NCBI GenBank assembly: GCA_963717465.1
Contig: OY970340.1
Location: 296,366 to 360,365, forward strand
From: Candidatus Bathyarchaeota archaeon
GTDB taxonomy: Archaea > Thermoproteota > Bathyarchaeia > Bathyarchaeales > Bathycorpusculaceae
Direction of reading: 5' to 3'
Length of the DNA: 64,000 nt
Made by a program: the position numbers and the translations under genes. The notes beneath the pieces were generated by a model that made no database searches, was not told the origin of the DNA, and worked only from the letters and a program-made list of their open reading frames with translations. Below are positions 63,316 through 64,000 of this stretch, piece by piece. The first letter of the stretch is position 1. The number at the start of each line of letters is the position of its first letter.

Positions 63316-64000
63316 ATGCCTGAAATCCGCGTGGCACTTGTAGGTGTCGGCAATAGTGCATCAGCCCTGATTCAGGGCACACAATATTACAAGGATGCAA
63401 AAGAAACAGAGACCGTTCCAGGACTTATGCATGTTAGCTACGGTGGTTACCACATAAAGGACATAAGATTTGTAGCGGCTTTTGAAGTAAACAAGGACAA
63501 GATAGGCAAAGACCTATCAGAAGCAATCTTCACTAAGCCGAACTGCTGCGAAAAATTCTCAAAAGTACCGAACCTCGGCGTAAAAGTTTCTCCTGCGCCT
63601 ATACTGGATGGAGTTGCTCCGCATATGCGAGAGACTTTTAACGTTTATGATGATAGTAAAACAGATAAGGCAAGCGTTGTTAAAATTCTCAAGGATTGCA
63701 AAACGCAAGTGCTTGTGAATTATCTTCCTGTTGGAAGTCATGATGCTGCACGGTTTTATGCTCAATGTGCTATGGATGCGGGTTGCGCGTTTGTTAATTG
63801 TATGCCTGAATTCATTGGTTCCGAGAAGGAATGGTCAGATAAATTCTTGAATGCTGGGTTGCCAGTGCTGGGTGATGACATAAAAAGCCAGGTTGGTGCG
63901 ACGATTTTGCATCGCACTTTGGTGAGGCTTTGCCTTGATCGCGGAGTAATCGTTGATGAAACATACCAGCTTAATTTAGGTGGAGATACTGATTTTCAAA
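63316..64000 (+). CDS. ino1: myo-inositol-1-phosphate synthase, 3'-partial
   Basis: VALVGVGNSASALIQG, NYLPVGS, GDDIKSQVGAT, YQLNLGGDTDF. Confidence 0.93.
   Translation, partial: MPEIRVALVGVGNSASALIQGTQYYKDAKETETVPGLMHVSYGGYHIKDIRFVAAFEVNKDKIGKDLSEAIFTKPNCCEKFSKVPNLGVKVSPAPILDGVAPHMRETFNVYDDSKTDKASVVKILKDCKTQVLVNYLPVGSHDAARFYAQCAMDAGCAFVNCMPEFIGSEKEWSDKFLNAGLPVLGDDIKSQVGATILHRTLVRLCLDRGVIVDETYQLNLGGDTDFQ

Noticed and set aside
1-64000. CRISPR array, rRNA or intact IS transposase
   Set aside because: No regularly spaced repeats, rRNA-like sequence or transposase ORF was seen.

Overview
This is an archaeal chromosomal window. The gene repertoire (rps8e, SRP19, archaeal-type gltX, Aeropyrum-type mevalonate pathway, SMC-ScpAB, multi-PAS histidine kinases, Lrp expansions) suggests a TACK archaeon, probably Bathyarchaeia; that assignment is inference. 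From left to right: the end of a virus-like stretch of tiny ORFs; HtrA; tRNA-Glu(TTC); accessory genes; a K+/nitrogen cluster (kdpABC, glnA, APC permease, RHH regulator, five stand-alone Lrp ligand-binding-domain proteins) whose promoters share a palindromic operator; a Cys-repeat peptide plus radical SAM/SPASM pair that is a candidate new RiPP system; smc-scpAB; a signalling/accessory island with a four-copy promoter module, two long fold-back hairpins and a decayed tyrosine recombinase; rps8e, srp19, gltX and a six-step isoprenoid operon; SDR/SnoaL; MoxR-vWA; cofE-like; acdA; ribK; vapBC; and a partial ino1. Many essential genes are split by single-base indels, most likely assembly errors, so individual frameshifts should not be over-read. 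No rRNA or CRISPR array was seen.
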